Part shown: piece after piece, positions 1 through 12,005 of the stretch
Position numbering within the stretch: the first letter of the stretch is position 1
How the letters are laid out: the number at the start of each line of letters is the position of its first letter
DNA from: Raja brachyura
Lineage: Eukaryota
Reading direction: 5' to 3'
Assembly (NCBI GenBank): GCA_963514005.1
Contig: OY740807.1
Coordinates: 5,952,001 to 6,016,000, forward strand
DNA: 64,000 bases
Made by a program: the position numbers and the translations under genes
Notes under the pieces: generated by a model
Seen by the model: the letters and a program-made list of their open reading frames with translations, nothing else
Database searches by the model: none
Told to the model about the DNA's origin: nothing

Positions 1-1227
1 CCTCTAGACTCTCTCCAATGTCAGCACATCTTACCTCAGATATGAGGCCATAAACTGCTCACAATACTCCAAATGTGGTCTGACCAGTACCTTATAGAGT
101 CTTAGCGTTACATCCCTGTTTTTTATACTCTAGTCCTCTCAAAATAAATGCTAACATTGCATTTGCTTTCCTTTACAACTTACAAATTAACCTCTTTGGA
201 GTCCTGCATCAGCACTCCCAGCACCCTTTGCACCTCTGATTTCTGAATCCTCTCATTTAGAAAATAGTCCCTGCCTTTATTCCTACTTCACAGTATTCCA
301 TCTGTCACTTCCCTGCCCACTCTCCCAACCTGCGCAAATCCTTCTGTAGAGCTCCTGCTTTCTTTACACTACCTGCCCCTTCACCTTTCATTGTATTATC
401 CACAAACTTGGCCCCAAAGCCTTCAATTCCCTCTTCAATTCATTGATACACAACAAACTCCACTAGTCACTGGCAACCAACCAGAAAAAGCCCCCTTTAT
501 TCCCACTCTTTGCCTTCTGCCATTCGGCCATCTGCTGTCCACACTAGTATTTTCCCTCCAATACCATGGCCTCTCATTTTGTTTTTAGTAGCCTCACCTT
601 ATCAAAGGCCTTTTGAAAATCTCGGTAAACAACATCCACTGACTCTCCTTTGTCAATCCTGCTCTTTACTTCCTAAAATAATTCTAGCAGATTTGGCAGG
701 CAAGATCGATCACCCCTTCATCCCTAAAGGGATCAGGGGGTATGGAGAGAAGGCAGGTACAGGATACTGAGTTGGATGATCAGCCATGATCATATTGAAT
801 GGCGGTGCAGGCTCGAAGGGCCGAATGGCCTACTCCTACTCCTGCACCTATTTTCTATGTTTCCATGTTCATAAAACCATGCTGACCGTCCAAATTTATC
901 CTGTGCTTCTAATTACTCAGAAACCTCATCCTTGACAATGGACTCTAAAATTTTACCAACCACTGAAGTCTGTGCCAAACATGATGCCAAGCCCATCACT
1001 TATCTACCTGCACATAACCCATATCCCTCTTGAGTATGAATGAGTGTGAACAGGTGATCGATGGTCGGCATGGACTCGGTGGGCCAAAAGTCCTGTTTCC
1101 ATTCTGTATCTATAAATGAAACTTTCTGTCCATCTTGATTTGTATGTGTTTTACATTATGCAATATATTAGTGTTTTATTTAAAGGATTGTGTTAAAAAT
1201 GTTAAATTTCTCTCTGATTTGCTCTAG

Positions 1228-1332
1228 AGTTGGAGATTCAGGACATCGTCCCAATAAACATAGAGAGCCGAGAAGATAGTTGGGCTGTAAAACTTATTAA
1301 TTTTCTCTCGATGATACAGTTCTTGCAGGCAG
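1228..1332 (+). CDS. EXO5: Exonuclease 5 (EXO5/DEM1), internal coding exon; upstream exons lie outside the window
   Basis: ctctag| acceptor and G|gtagg donor, phase 1-1. Encodes (E)LEIQDIVPINIESREDSWAVKLINFLSMIQFLQA(G), which resembles the EXO5 ELELHDLV...EDAWAIKFLN segment. Not present in the ORF track. Confidence 0.88.
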
Positions 1333-2560
1333 GTAGGTCAAAGATATCAACAGATTGTTGCAAAGCCGACACATAAAAGTAGGGAAGTTGTATTTGGCAC
1401 CATTTTGGTTCGATTCTGACTGTTTAAAGTTTGCACATTCTCGTGTGACAATAGACAATAGGTGCAGGAGTAGGCCATTTGGCCCTTCGAGCCAGCACCG
1501 CCATTCAATGTGATCATGGCTGATCATCCACAATCAGTACCCTGTTCCTGACTTCTCCCCATATCCCCTGACTCCGCTATTTTTAAGAGCCCTATTTAGC
1601 TCTCTCTTAAAAGCATCCAGAGAACTGGCCTCCACTGCCCTCTGAGGCAGAGAATTCCACAGACTCACCACTCTCTGTGAGAAAAAGTGTTTCCTCGTCT
1701 CCGTTCTAAATGGCTTACTCCTTATTTTTAAACTGTGGCCCCTGGTTCTGGACTCCCCCAACATCGGGAACATGTTTCCTGCCTCTAGCGTGTCCAAGCC
1801 CTTAACAATCTTATGTGTTTCCTCCGGATTCTCTGGTTTCCTCCCTCATCCCAATGTTGTGTAGTTTGTGTAGAGCGTTTTATTGTCATATGTCCTGGAC
1901 GGGACACTGAAATTCTTCCTTCAGAATATGTGAATATGTAAACATTGTATATAACGGGTGAAGAGAAAAAATAAAAAGTTTAATAAATAACAAATATAAT
2001 GCAATAATAATATAGTCTTTTGCAGTTCAGAGCTCAGAGCTTATTCGTTGTTGTATTTAACAGCCTGATGGCTGTGGGGAAGAAGCTGTTCCTGAACCTG
2101 GACGTTACGGGTTTCAGGCTCCTGTACCTTCTTCCTGGTGGCAATGGTGAAATGAGAGTGCGGCCAGGATGGTGTGGGTCTTTGATGATTTTGGCTGCCT
2201 TTTTGAGGAAGGTTAATAGGCTTCTGTAAATTGGCCCTAATATGTAGGGAGTAGATGGAAAAGCGCACAACACAACATAACATTCTTTCTGTTTTAAAGC
2301 ATTGCTTTGCTGGCCTCTGTAAGGTGCGGATGGCCTGTTTTCACCATTTCTGGGCAGCACAGTGGTGCAGCTGATAGAGCTGCTGACTCATGGCACCAGA
2401 TACCCGTGTGCGATTCTGACTTCGGCTGCTGTCTGTGTGGAGTTTTACGCTCTCCTCTGACCGCTTGGCTTTTCCTCAGGTGCTCCTGTTTTCTCCCACA
2501 GGTTTGTAGGTTAATTGGCTTCAGTAAAAATTATAAATTGTACCAAGTATGTAGGATAGT

Positions 2561-2694
2561 CTCCTTCTTGCGCATGGCGTGCACAGCCTAAAGTTGTAAG
2601 TCAACTTGTTCTATTTGATCTTGCTTGTGCACGTCGGGTTGATTGCATTCGCCAAAACAGGGTGGACCACGTGAAGGTTGCAATCTCCCACCCC
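2561..2694 (-). mobile_element. Short 5'-truncated non-LTR element 3' end inserted in a V-SINE (possibly Vingi/RTE-like)
   Basis: 11-bp TSD tgtaggatagt (2550-2560 / 2695-2705); the minus strand ends ...gccatgcgcaagaaggag. Confidence 0.5.
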
Positions 2695-3336
2695 TGTAGG
2701 ATAGTGCTAGTTTGTGGGTGTGATCGCTGGTTGGCGTGGACTCGATGGGCCAAATGGCCTGTTTCCTCGCTGTATCTCTAAAGTTGAAAACTAGTGTGAA
2801 CCGGTCATCGATGGTCGGCATAGATTTGGTGGGCCGAAGGGCCTGTTTCCACACTGTACCTCCAAAGTTAATCTTGAGAAAGGAGATGAGAGGAATTTCT
2901 TTAGTCAGAGGATGGTGAATCTGTGGAATTAATTGCCACGGAAGGCAGTGGAGGCCATCAATGGATATTTTTAAGATGGAGATTGCAAGTTTCTTGATTA
3001 GCTCAGATGTCAGGGGTTATGGGGTGAAGGCAGGAGAATGGGGTTAATGGGGAAAGATAGATCAGCCATGATTGAATGACGAAGTAGACTTGAAGATTGA
3101 TGGACCGAACGACCTAACTCTGCTCCTATAACTAATGAACTTATGAAGTCTAAAACTAGTGTGAACCGGTAATTGATGGTCGGCATGGATCCGTGGGCTG
3201 ATTTTATAATCACAGCTGAGAATTGACAAATTCTAGCTGAAAACCAGTTGAATTTGGACTGTGAGACACTCTGCACAGAAATCTTTAGCAGATAACCAGA
3301 TAAGCCAATGTCATGATTTGGTTGTGTGTTCTTCAG

Positions 3337-3509
3337 GAGAGCGTGTACGAGAGCTGCCAGTGTTTGGAGAAGTGGAGGGGATCTTGCTGGTGGGTGTGAT
3401 TGATGAGCTGTGCTACAGTTCCAGTGGTGAGCTGGAACTGCGTGAGCTGAAAACTCGTGCCCAGCCGACATTCCCCAGTGCTGCCCAAAGGAAGAGCTAC
3501 CACTTACAA
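3337..3509 (+). CDS. EXO5: EXO5 coding exon with PD-(D/E)xK nuclease motifs
   Basis: cttcag| acceptor and CAA|gtaagt donor. Encodes [58 protein letters not shown] (G.IDEL and ELKT motifs). Phases join both neighbouring exons. Confidence 0.93.
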
Positions 3510-6500
3510 GTAAGTGAGTCGGGTGAGAATCATTCGAAACGCATTCATTTTAAACCGACGTATAGCTTACAGGTTTACGGAGTTTCCAATTAGGCCATTC
3601 GGCCCATCGAGTCTATTCCACCATTCAATCATGGCTGATATCTGCCTCCAAATCCCATTTTCCTACCTTCTCCCCGTAGCCCTTAACACCCGTTCTAGTC
3701 AAGAATTTGTCGATCTCTGCCGTAAAAATATCCACTGACTTGGCCTCCACAGCCCTCTGTGGCAATGAGATCCACAGATTAACTATCTTCTGACTCCTCA
3801 CCTCCTTTCTAAAAGAGCGCCCTTTAATTCTGAGACTGTGACCTCTGGTCCTAGACTCTCCCACCAGTGGAAACATCCTTTCCACATCCACTGTATCGAT
3901 GCCTTTCATTATTCTGTAGGTTTCAATGAGGTTCCCCCCTCAACCTTCTAAACTCCAGCTAATAGAGGGCCAGTAGGTTAACTTAGAACAAGTGTCGACG
4001 TGGACTCGGTGGGCCGAAGGACCTGTTTCCATGCTGTACTTTTCAATTCTTTCTTGATCCCAGCTAAAAATTGACAAATACAGGCTGCAAATTGCCTCCT
4101 GTGTGTAGGAAGTGGATGGGAAAGTGAGGTGACATGAAGAAGTGTGAGTGACTGATCGATGGTCAGCGCAGACTCGGTGGGCCAAGGACCTGTTTCTCTG
4201 CTGTATCTCTAAACTAAAGTTTAGAACAAAACAAATGGTCCTCCCTTGGGTCGGCATACCCAAGTGCATGTTGTGAGTTAGACTTTGTGCCATCTTATGG
4301 TAGAGTCAAGTTCATAGGCACTAACATGGGGCTTTTGTGAGTCACAGTAAATTCCAAGTGCATGCTGTGTGGCTTCTTTATCAGTCCCCTCTCCTCTGGG
4401 TCAGAATGTTTTTGGTTCAAGTCACCCATCAGGTCTTAAATGCACAACTGCAGTGCCGTAATACACACAGGACACTGGACACAAGGAACCGCAAATGTTG
4501 GTTTACAAAGAAAGACACTGTGCTGGAGCAACTCAGCGGATCAGGCAGCATCTCTGGAGCAACTCAGCGGGTGCAGCAGCATCTATGGAGCTATATTTCC
4601 TTCGCTCCATAGATGCTGCTGCACCCGCTGAGTTTCTCCAGCACCTTTGTCTACCTTATGAACTTTTGGGCCGGGCCAAATGGCTCCTGGAACTTGTGAA
4701 ACTGATGCCTCTGCGGTTCTCAGACCGCCTCACCCTAATTATCCGTTTCGGGCCGAAAGGCAACGTTTCGGGACGAGCCCTTCTTCAGACTGATGGAGGG
4801 TGGGGGGGGGGCAGGGAGAAGAAAGGAAAAAGGAGGAGGAGGAGCCCGAGGGCTGAGAAGGGGAGGAGACAGCAAGGGCTACCGGAATTGGGAGAATTCA
4901 ATGTTCATGCCGCTAGGGTGCAGACTGCCCAAGCGGAATATGAGGTGCTGTTCCTCCAATTTCCAGTGGTGCTCACTCTGGCCATGGAGGAGGCCCAGGA
5001 CAGAGAGGTAGACTTTTGTCTACCTTCGATTTTCCAGCATCTGTAGTTTCTTCTTTAACAGAGCATCTCTGGAGAACATGAGCGATGTTTCAGGTCAGGA
5101 TCCTTCTTCAGCAGTTGTGGGGGTGGGGTGGGGAGAAAGTTGAGAAGAAAGGTGGAGGCTGGATAAGGTCTGGTAAGTGATCGGTGGATACAGGTGAGGA
5201 CATTTTTATTGGCATATCGGTGGACAAAGGCCAGAGATGAAATGAAGCCACTAGGCTGATAAGGAGATGTGGAGTAAATTCTGAAGCCAGAGGAAGGGAT
5301 ACAGGTGGAAGGGGACGGGGAAAGCATCTGTGTGGGGCACAGCGGAGAGAATGGGGGGGGGGGGGGGGAAGAGAGGTTTGTTGGGGTGGGTGGTTTGGGT
5401 GGGTTGCTAACTTAGATTGGAGAATTCAATGTTCATACCGTTGGGTAGTAATCTACCAAAGCAGAATATGAGGTGCTGTTCCTCCAGTTTGTGTGTGGCC
5501 TCAATCTGGCAATGGAGGAAGCCCAGGACAGAAAGGTCGTTGTGGGAAGGGGAGTTAAAATGATTAACAAAACTGGAGATCCAGCAGGCCTTGGTAGAAA
5601 ACGTCACCTGGACAACGCTTGTAAAGGTGTAAAGGTGGCCACATCGGAAACACCAAATGCAGTAGGTGAGGTTAGAGGAGGCGCACAGGAACCCTTGTTA
5701 CACCCCTGCTGCCATCCCTGGATAGATCTGAGGGAGGAAGTATAGGTGTTGTTTTGGATGAGAGTGTGACCATCAAGTTGAGAATAGAATGGTCTCTGTG
5801 GAAAGTGGAAAGTTGTATTACCCTGCTGTAAGAGTCATCTTTCAACTCCAACCGGGTCCCCATCTTGAAACAGATGTTTAATTGCACATTAAAAATGCGA
5901 ATAACAGAACAAAAGCAGTATTCTTTTATATTCATGTCTACATCTTACTTTTGGATAATTGATAGATAAAATGCTGGTGTTAGTCAGTGGGTAAGGCAGC
6001 ATCTCTGGGGAAAAGGAATAGGTGACATTTCAGGATCGAGACCCTTTTCAGACTGCTTCAGATAATTGGTTTAATTTGTTGGGCGATTCACAGTTAGTTT
6101 AGTGTAGTTTATTGTCAAGTATACTGAGGAAGAGGGAAAAGCGTTTGTGTTGAGTGACATCTAAGCAGTGGAAAGTATACGTGATTACAATCAAGCCGTC
6201 ACACAGAGTATAGAGGTAGAGGATAAAGGGAATAACGTACAAGATACAAGATATATTTATTTGTCACATGTACCAGTTGGCACAGTGAAATGTGTGGTCA
6301 CCATACAGCCACACAATAAAATAAAGATCACAACACACGATAGAGTCCAACATAAAACATCCCCACACAGCAGAATCAAAAAGCTTCCCACTGTGAGGGA
6401 AGGCACCAAAGTCAGTCATCTTCCTCTAATGTTCCTGATGTTCACCAGTTTGGTGCAATATAAAGTCAGTTTAAATTCATATTATCTGTGAGAGTGTTCT

Positions 6501-7132
6501 GATTTATTTCAAATCTATGTGAATTTGCTGATATCCCCAAATCGCCAAAATCTCCTGTTAATTGTTTAGTTATAACTTATCTTTCACTCTCACAGAAAGT
6601 TACAAAAGAGTGATAAAATGTCTTGGCACTTGATTATGCAACTGCAAGAAGAAGCTGTATGTTTGTGTGTTTTGTTTCCATGTTTCTTTACCACAAAACT
6701 AGGGACCCTAGTATGTTATCTGGCTTCTACGCAGATATTGTCTCTGTGGTCCACAGATAGGGTAGGGTAGTTTAGTTTAGAGATGCAGCATGGAAACAGG
6801 ATGTTCGGCCCACTGAGACCATGCCGACCTTCGCTCATCATTCACACTAGTTGTATGTAGAGACAAGGAACTGCAGTTCTATGTTGTCCCATATCCTCAT
6901 TCACTCTGTACATGCTAGGGCAACTTACAGAGAGCCAATTAACTGACAAATCAGCAAATCTTTGGGATGTAGGAGGAAACTGGAGCACCCATGCGGTCAC
7001 AGAGAGAACATGCAAACTCCACACTGACAACAAATGAGGTCAGGATCGAGTCCGGGTCCCTGATACTGTGAGGCAGCAGCTCTACCAGCTGCGCTACTGT
7101 GTGCCCTCAAGAGGCTTTTTTATTCAGTGTAA

Positions 7133-7707
7133 AGGGCCTGTCCCACCAGCATGCAACTCCATGCGATGAGCGCGACCTAACGTGGTCGCTTGAGCCGTCC
7201 GGCGTCGCGGGGCCGGTCCCACTTCGATCGCCGGAGCCGAGCGGAATTGTGCGGAGTTCGTCCCGACATTGTGCGGGGCTCCGAAAAACTGACTATGTTC
7301 GAAAATTCTGCGCGGCAACGGCTTGTCGGCTCGCAGTCGCCTCGACACATTACACACCGTCTCAACGTCGTGCCTCCGTGAACCTCTCTGTAGGTGCCTC
7401 CGTGACCCTCTATGTGTGTGGCTCCGTGCCCTCTGTGTGTGTGCCTCTGTGCCCCTCTCTGTGTGACCCTCTCTGTCCTGGCGCACTTACCTGAAGACTT
7501 CGCTCCAAGTTCGCCTCACTTTCCGCCACGTTGCGCCACACACCCTACCTCCGCGCGGCCCTCGCTGCCGGTTTGGTCGCGCTTGCCGCATGCAGGCGCA
7601 TGCTGGTGGGAACGGCCCTGTACAGGGATCACCCGACCTCCGCGCGGCCCCCGCTTCTAGTTTGATCGCGTTCATTCGCATGGTCGGATGCTGGTAGGAC
7701 AGGCCCT
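7133..7707. mobile_element. PIF/Harbinger-type MITE
   Basis: TIR AGGGCCTGTCCCACCAGCAT / ATGCTGGTAGGACAGGCCCT with TAA TSD. A copy of the same subfamily lies inverted at about 23940-24408. Confidence 0.82.
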
Positions 7708-7761
7708 TAAGGCTTTAATGATAGCTTTCCTCTAATAAAACCAAATTCCTTTGATTACCAG

Positions 7762-8229
7762 GTCAGTGTGTACAAGCTTCTGTTTGAGGCTTTGGTCAAA
7801 GGCCAGCTGAAGAAAGACACAATCGTTCAACATCTTCAGTTGCAAACAGAGCGGAGCTTTGGTTCGGAGGTCATGCTGCACGCAAAGAAGATGGGTCTGT
7901 TTGTAAACACATTTGGTGAACTTTTGGATTTGATATTTCTGAACCTGACGTACATTGAGATCCCCACCATTGACGTTCTGAAGATCGAGTACTGCTACCA
8001 AGCCGATGCCTCTGTGATCGGGACGGAAGTGGTGCGCTTTGAGGAGAAGCGGGTTGTAAAGGAGCTGAAACATTACTGCTCCTTCTGGAAGGGCCAGCGG
8101 GAGGCCCAGGGAGTGGATATCGAGGAGGCCTGGAAATGCCGATCGTGCGACTTTGCAGACATCTGTCAGTGGAGAGAGAAGAAAGCCGAAGAAGCTGTCG
8201 CGAGGAATCGAGCAAATCACAGAAAATGA
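7762..8229 (+). CDS. EXO5: EXO5 last coding exon, containing the C-terminal Fe-S cluster cysteines
   Basis: ttaccag| acceptor, phase 0. Encodes VSVYKLLFEAL...GQREAQGVDIEEAWKCRSCDFADICQWRE...HRK*; CxxCx5C is typical of EXO5. Confidence 0.95.
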   Translation, partial: VSVYKLLFEALVKGQLKKDTIVQHLQLQTERSFGSEVMLHAKKMGLFVNTFGELLDLIFLNLTYIEIPTIDVLKIEYCYQADASVIGTEVVRFEEKRVVKELKHYCSFWKGQREAQGVDIEEAWKCRSCDFADICQWREKKAEEAVARNRANHRK

Positions 8230-8879
8230 TCATAGACCTACAGCTCGGAAACAGGCCCTTTGGCCCATCGAGTCCACACCCACCCGCGAGTACTATCCTA
8301 CATTAGGCACCCACCCACAAGTACTATCCTACATTAGGGACTAGTTACACTTATACCATGCCAATTAACCTACAATCTGTAGGAAGGAACTGCAGATGCT
8401 GGTTTAAATCGAAGGTAGACACACAATGCTGGAGTAACTCAGCGGGTCAGGCAGCATCTCTGGAGAGAAGGAATGGGTGATGTTTCGGGTCTGAAGGAGG
8501 GTCTCGACCCGAAGGTCAATGATGGACCTGTACTAGTTATTTTTGTGATGATTTATCGTTGATGTGGAAACTAAAAGAACTTGTTTCGTGCCACACATTT
8601 CATAACCAGAGGATGGTCCAAAGGACTTTGGTCAATTAAATTGTGCCTAAAGTCGTTAACTGCACTTATTATTGCGTTGTGAAACACAGTTTGTATTTAA
8701 CAGATTGTAAGTAGTGATCCGACCGATGCATTTAGACAAAGTGTACTGTTTCCTTAAAAAACTTTCAGGACGAGTTGCCCGGTGGATCAACGGTAATGTC
8801 TTACAACGCCAGAGACCCGGGATAGTTTCTGACAATGGGTGCTTGTCCTTACGAGGTTTGTAAGTCCTCACCGTGACCT

Positions 8880-10080
8880 GCATGGGTTTTCTCCAAGATC
8901 TTTGGTTTCCTCCCAATCTCCAAAGCACGTACAGTTTTGTAGGTTAATTGGCTTTGTATCAATGTAAAAAAAATTGTCCCTTGTGTGTGAAGGGTAGTGT
9001 TAGTGTGCGGGGATCGCTGGTCTGTGCGGACTTTGTGGGCCGAAGGGCCTGTTTCTGTGCTGTATCTCTAAATTAAACAATGTATTCCAGATTTCAAACA
9101 CCTTCTAATTAAACGGTCCACTCCAAATGTTCTTACCTGGGTATAGATGCAGTTGCTGAGGTGAAACGTTTCTCATTATTTACTCTACCGATGCCTCATC
9201 TGGATGGAGTTATAAAACGTATCTCTGTCCAGCATTCCAAATGTGACATTCTTATCGGAATGGAAGGAAGCATTCCACATGAAATCCAAGAATTGGCCTG
9301 CCAGTATCCCAGTGATTCATTTCAATGTCTTTGCCTTGTTGAAAAATAAGCTGCTGTTGATGTTAGATATTATTATCATGTCTATAAGCGCCAAACGTTT
9401 GTACATTGTCCAGAACTACTAATAGCATTTATTGAGCTTCAAATATTTATAGCACTGAAAAATTGTCATTACTTTTTTTAAACCTCAAACAACATTTGCT
9501 GACGTTATTGTGTTTTGTATCTATTTCTCTATTAGGTTCAATAAGCAAACATAATAAAAAACATGAGTTTGTATAAAAATCAATAATTTTTTTCTCCGAA
9601 AGTGCTGATAAATGTGCTTGCAATGTTTCCATTGATGTGTTGTATGTCAAGTTGTTTTTATATCCTTTGGGTAATAATTCCTTGGGAGTCAGCTGCAGTT
9701 TTACCAGTATTAACATGGAAGGTATATTTGTTTATAGTTCAGCTTCAGTTTAGTTCAGTTTAGTTCTTTGTCACGTGTATCGAGGTACAGTGAAAAGCTG
9801 TAGTTGCGTGCTAACCAGCCAGCAGTAAGACAATACATGATTACAATCAATGCATGTACAGTGTATGGATACATGATAAGGGAATAATGTTTACTGCAAG
9901 GTGAAGTCAGCAAAGTCTGATAAAGGATAGTCCGAGGGTCACCAAAGAAATAGATAATAATTATAGAAACAAGGCACTGCAGATATTGGTTAACAAAAGA
10001 AGACACAGAGTGCTGGAGTAACTCTGCAGGTCAGACAGCAACTCAGGAGAACGTGGAGAGGTACCGAATAATGCAAGGAC
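8880..10080 (+). repeat. Local segmental duplication, copy 1 (copy 2 at about 12650-13820)
   Basis: Collinear SINE, unique 3'UTR sequence, LINE tail and Penelope tail in both copies. Confidence 0.88.
9553..9558 (+). terminator. Candidate EXO5 polyadenylation signal
   Basis: AATAAA about 1.3 kb after the stop codon in non-TE AT-rich sequence, followed by T-rich sequence. Confidence 0.45.
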
Positions 10081-10084
10081 AGGA

Positions 10085-12005
10085 TAGATTCAAGATTCAA
10101 GAGAGTTTATTGTCATGTGTCCCAGATAGGACAATGAAATTCTTGCTTTGCTTCAGCATACCAGAACATAGTAGGCATGACTACAGAACAGATCAGTGTG
10201 TCCATACACCATTGTATAAATATATACACACAGGAATAAATAAACAGATGAGGTGCAAATAAACAGATAATGGGTTATTAATGTTCAAAGTTTTGTTTTG
10301 AGGAGTTTAATAGCTTGATGGCTGTGGGGAAGTAGATCAAGTCAAGTCAAGTTTATTCGTTGCATACACATACGGGATGGCCGTGCCTGCGGACTTTGTG
10401 CAAAAAACAAACAAACAAACTACAAACAGAATCACATGTTCTTTTTCATATTAAATATTGTGGGCGGTATTGTGGTCCAGTAAGTTAGTAGAGTTAGTCC
10501 CTGGTGAGATAGGATTTACAGGCCGAATGGCCTCTGGCAAGAAACTCCTTTTCATCCTCTCCGTTCTCACAGCATGGCAACGGAGGCGTTTGCCTGACCG
10601 TAGCAGCTGGAACAGTCCGTTGCTGGGGTGGAAGGGGTCTCCCATGATCTTGTTGGCTCTGGAGTTGCACCTCCTGATGTATAGTTCCTGCAGAGGGGCG
10701 AGAGAAGTCCCCATGGTGTGTTCGGCCGAACACACTACTCTCTGCAGAGCCTTCTTGTCCTGGGCAGAGCAATTCCCAAACCAGATTGTAATGTTTCCGG
10801 ACAAGATGCTTTCCACAGCCGCAGAGTAGAAGCACTCTACTTCTGTGAATAGCTATTCCAGAACCTGGTCGTTAAAGTCATCAGGCTCCTGTACCTTCTA
10901 CCTGAAGGTAGCAGAGAGATGAGTGTGTGGCCAGGATGGTATGGGTCCTTGATGCTGCCAGCCTTTTTGAGGAAGTGACTGCGATAGATCCCCTCGATGG
11001 TAGGGAGGTCAGAGCTGATGTTAGACTGGGCAGTGTTTACTACTTTTACGCAGCAAGGCAAATTCCTTGTATTTGTATAGTTGGCCAATAAACGTACTTA
11101 CTTATTACTTTTTGTAGTCTTTTCCTCTCCAGGGCGCTCAAGCTGCCGAACCAAGCCACGATGCAACCGGTCAGCAAGCTCTCTACTGTGCACCTGTAGA
11201 AGTTAGAGAGAGTCCTCCTTGACAGACCGACTCTCTGTAATCTTCTCAGGAAGTAGAGGCGCAGATGTGCTTTCTTGATAATTGCATCAGTGGTCTCGGA
11301 CCAGGAGAGATCTTCAGAGATGTGCACGCCCAGGAATTTGAAACTCTTGGCCCTTTCCACCATCGACCCATTGATATAAACGGGACTGTGGGTCCCCATC
11401 CTACCCCTTCCAAAGTCCACAATCAGTTCCTCGGTTTTGCTGGTGTTGAGGGCCAGGTTATTGTGCTGCCACCATTTCGTCAGTCGGTCGATCTCACTTC
11501 TATACTCTGACTCGTCCCCATCAGTGATACGTCCCACAACAGTGGTGTCGTCAGCGAACTTGATGATGGAGTTCGCACCATGACCGGCTACGCAGTCATG
11601 AGTATAGAGTGAGTACAGCAGGGGGCTGAGCACGCAGCCTTGAAGTGCTCCCGTGCTGATTGTTATCGAGTCTGACACATTTCCACCAATATGAACAGAC
11701 TGTGGTCTGTGGATGAGGATGTCGAGGATCAAATTGCAGAGGGATTCGCAGAGGCACCGTTCTGCTAGTTTGGTAACCAGCTTGGAGGGGATGATTGTAT
11801 TAAATGCTGAGCTTTAATCAATGAATAACAGTCTGACATATGAGTTTTTGTTGTCCAAGTGGTCCAGAGCGGAGTGGAGGGCCAGGGAGATCGCGTCCAC
11901 CGTTGATCTGTTGTGGCGGTAAGCGAACTGCAGTGGGTCCAGGTTTTTGTCGAGGTAGGAGTTGATTTGCGCCATGATCAACCTCTCAAAGCACTTCATC
12001 ACGAT
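10085..12005 (-). mobile_element. Composite of Rex1/Babar-type LINE 3' fragments
   Basis: [49 protein letters not shown] and [14 protein letters not shown] motifs. Confidence 0.85.
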
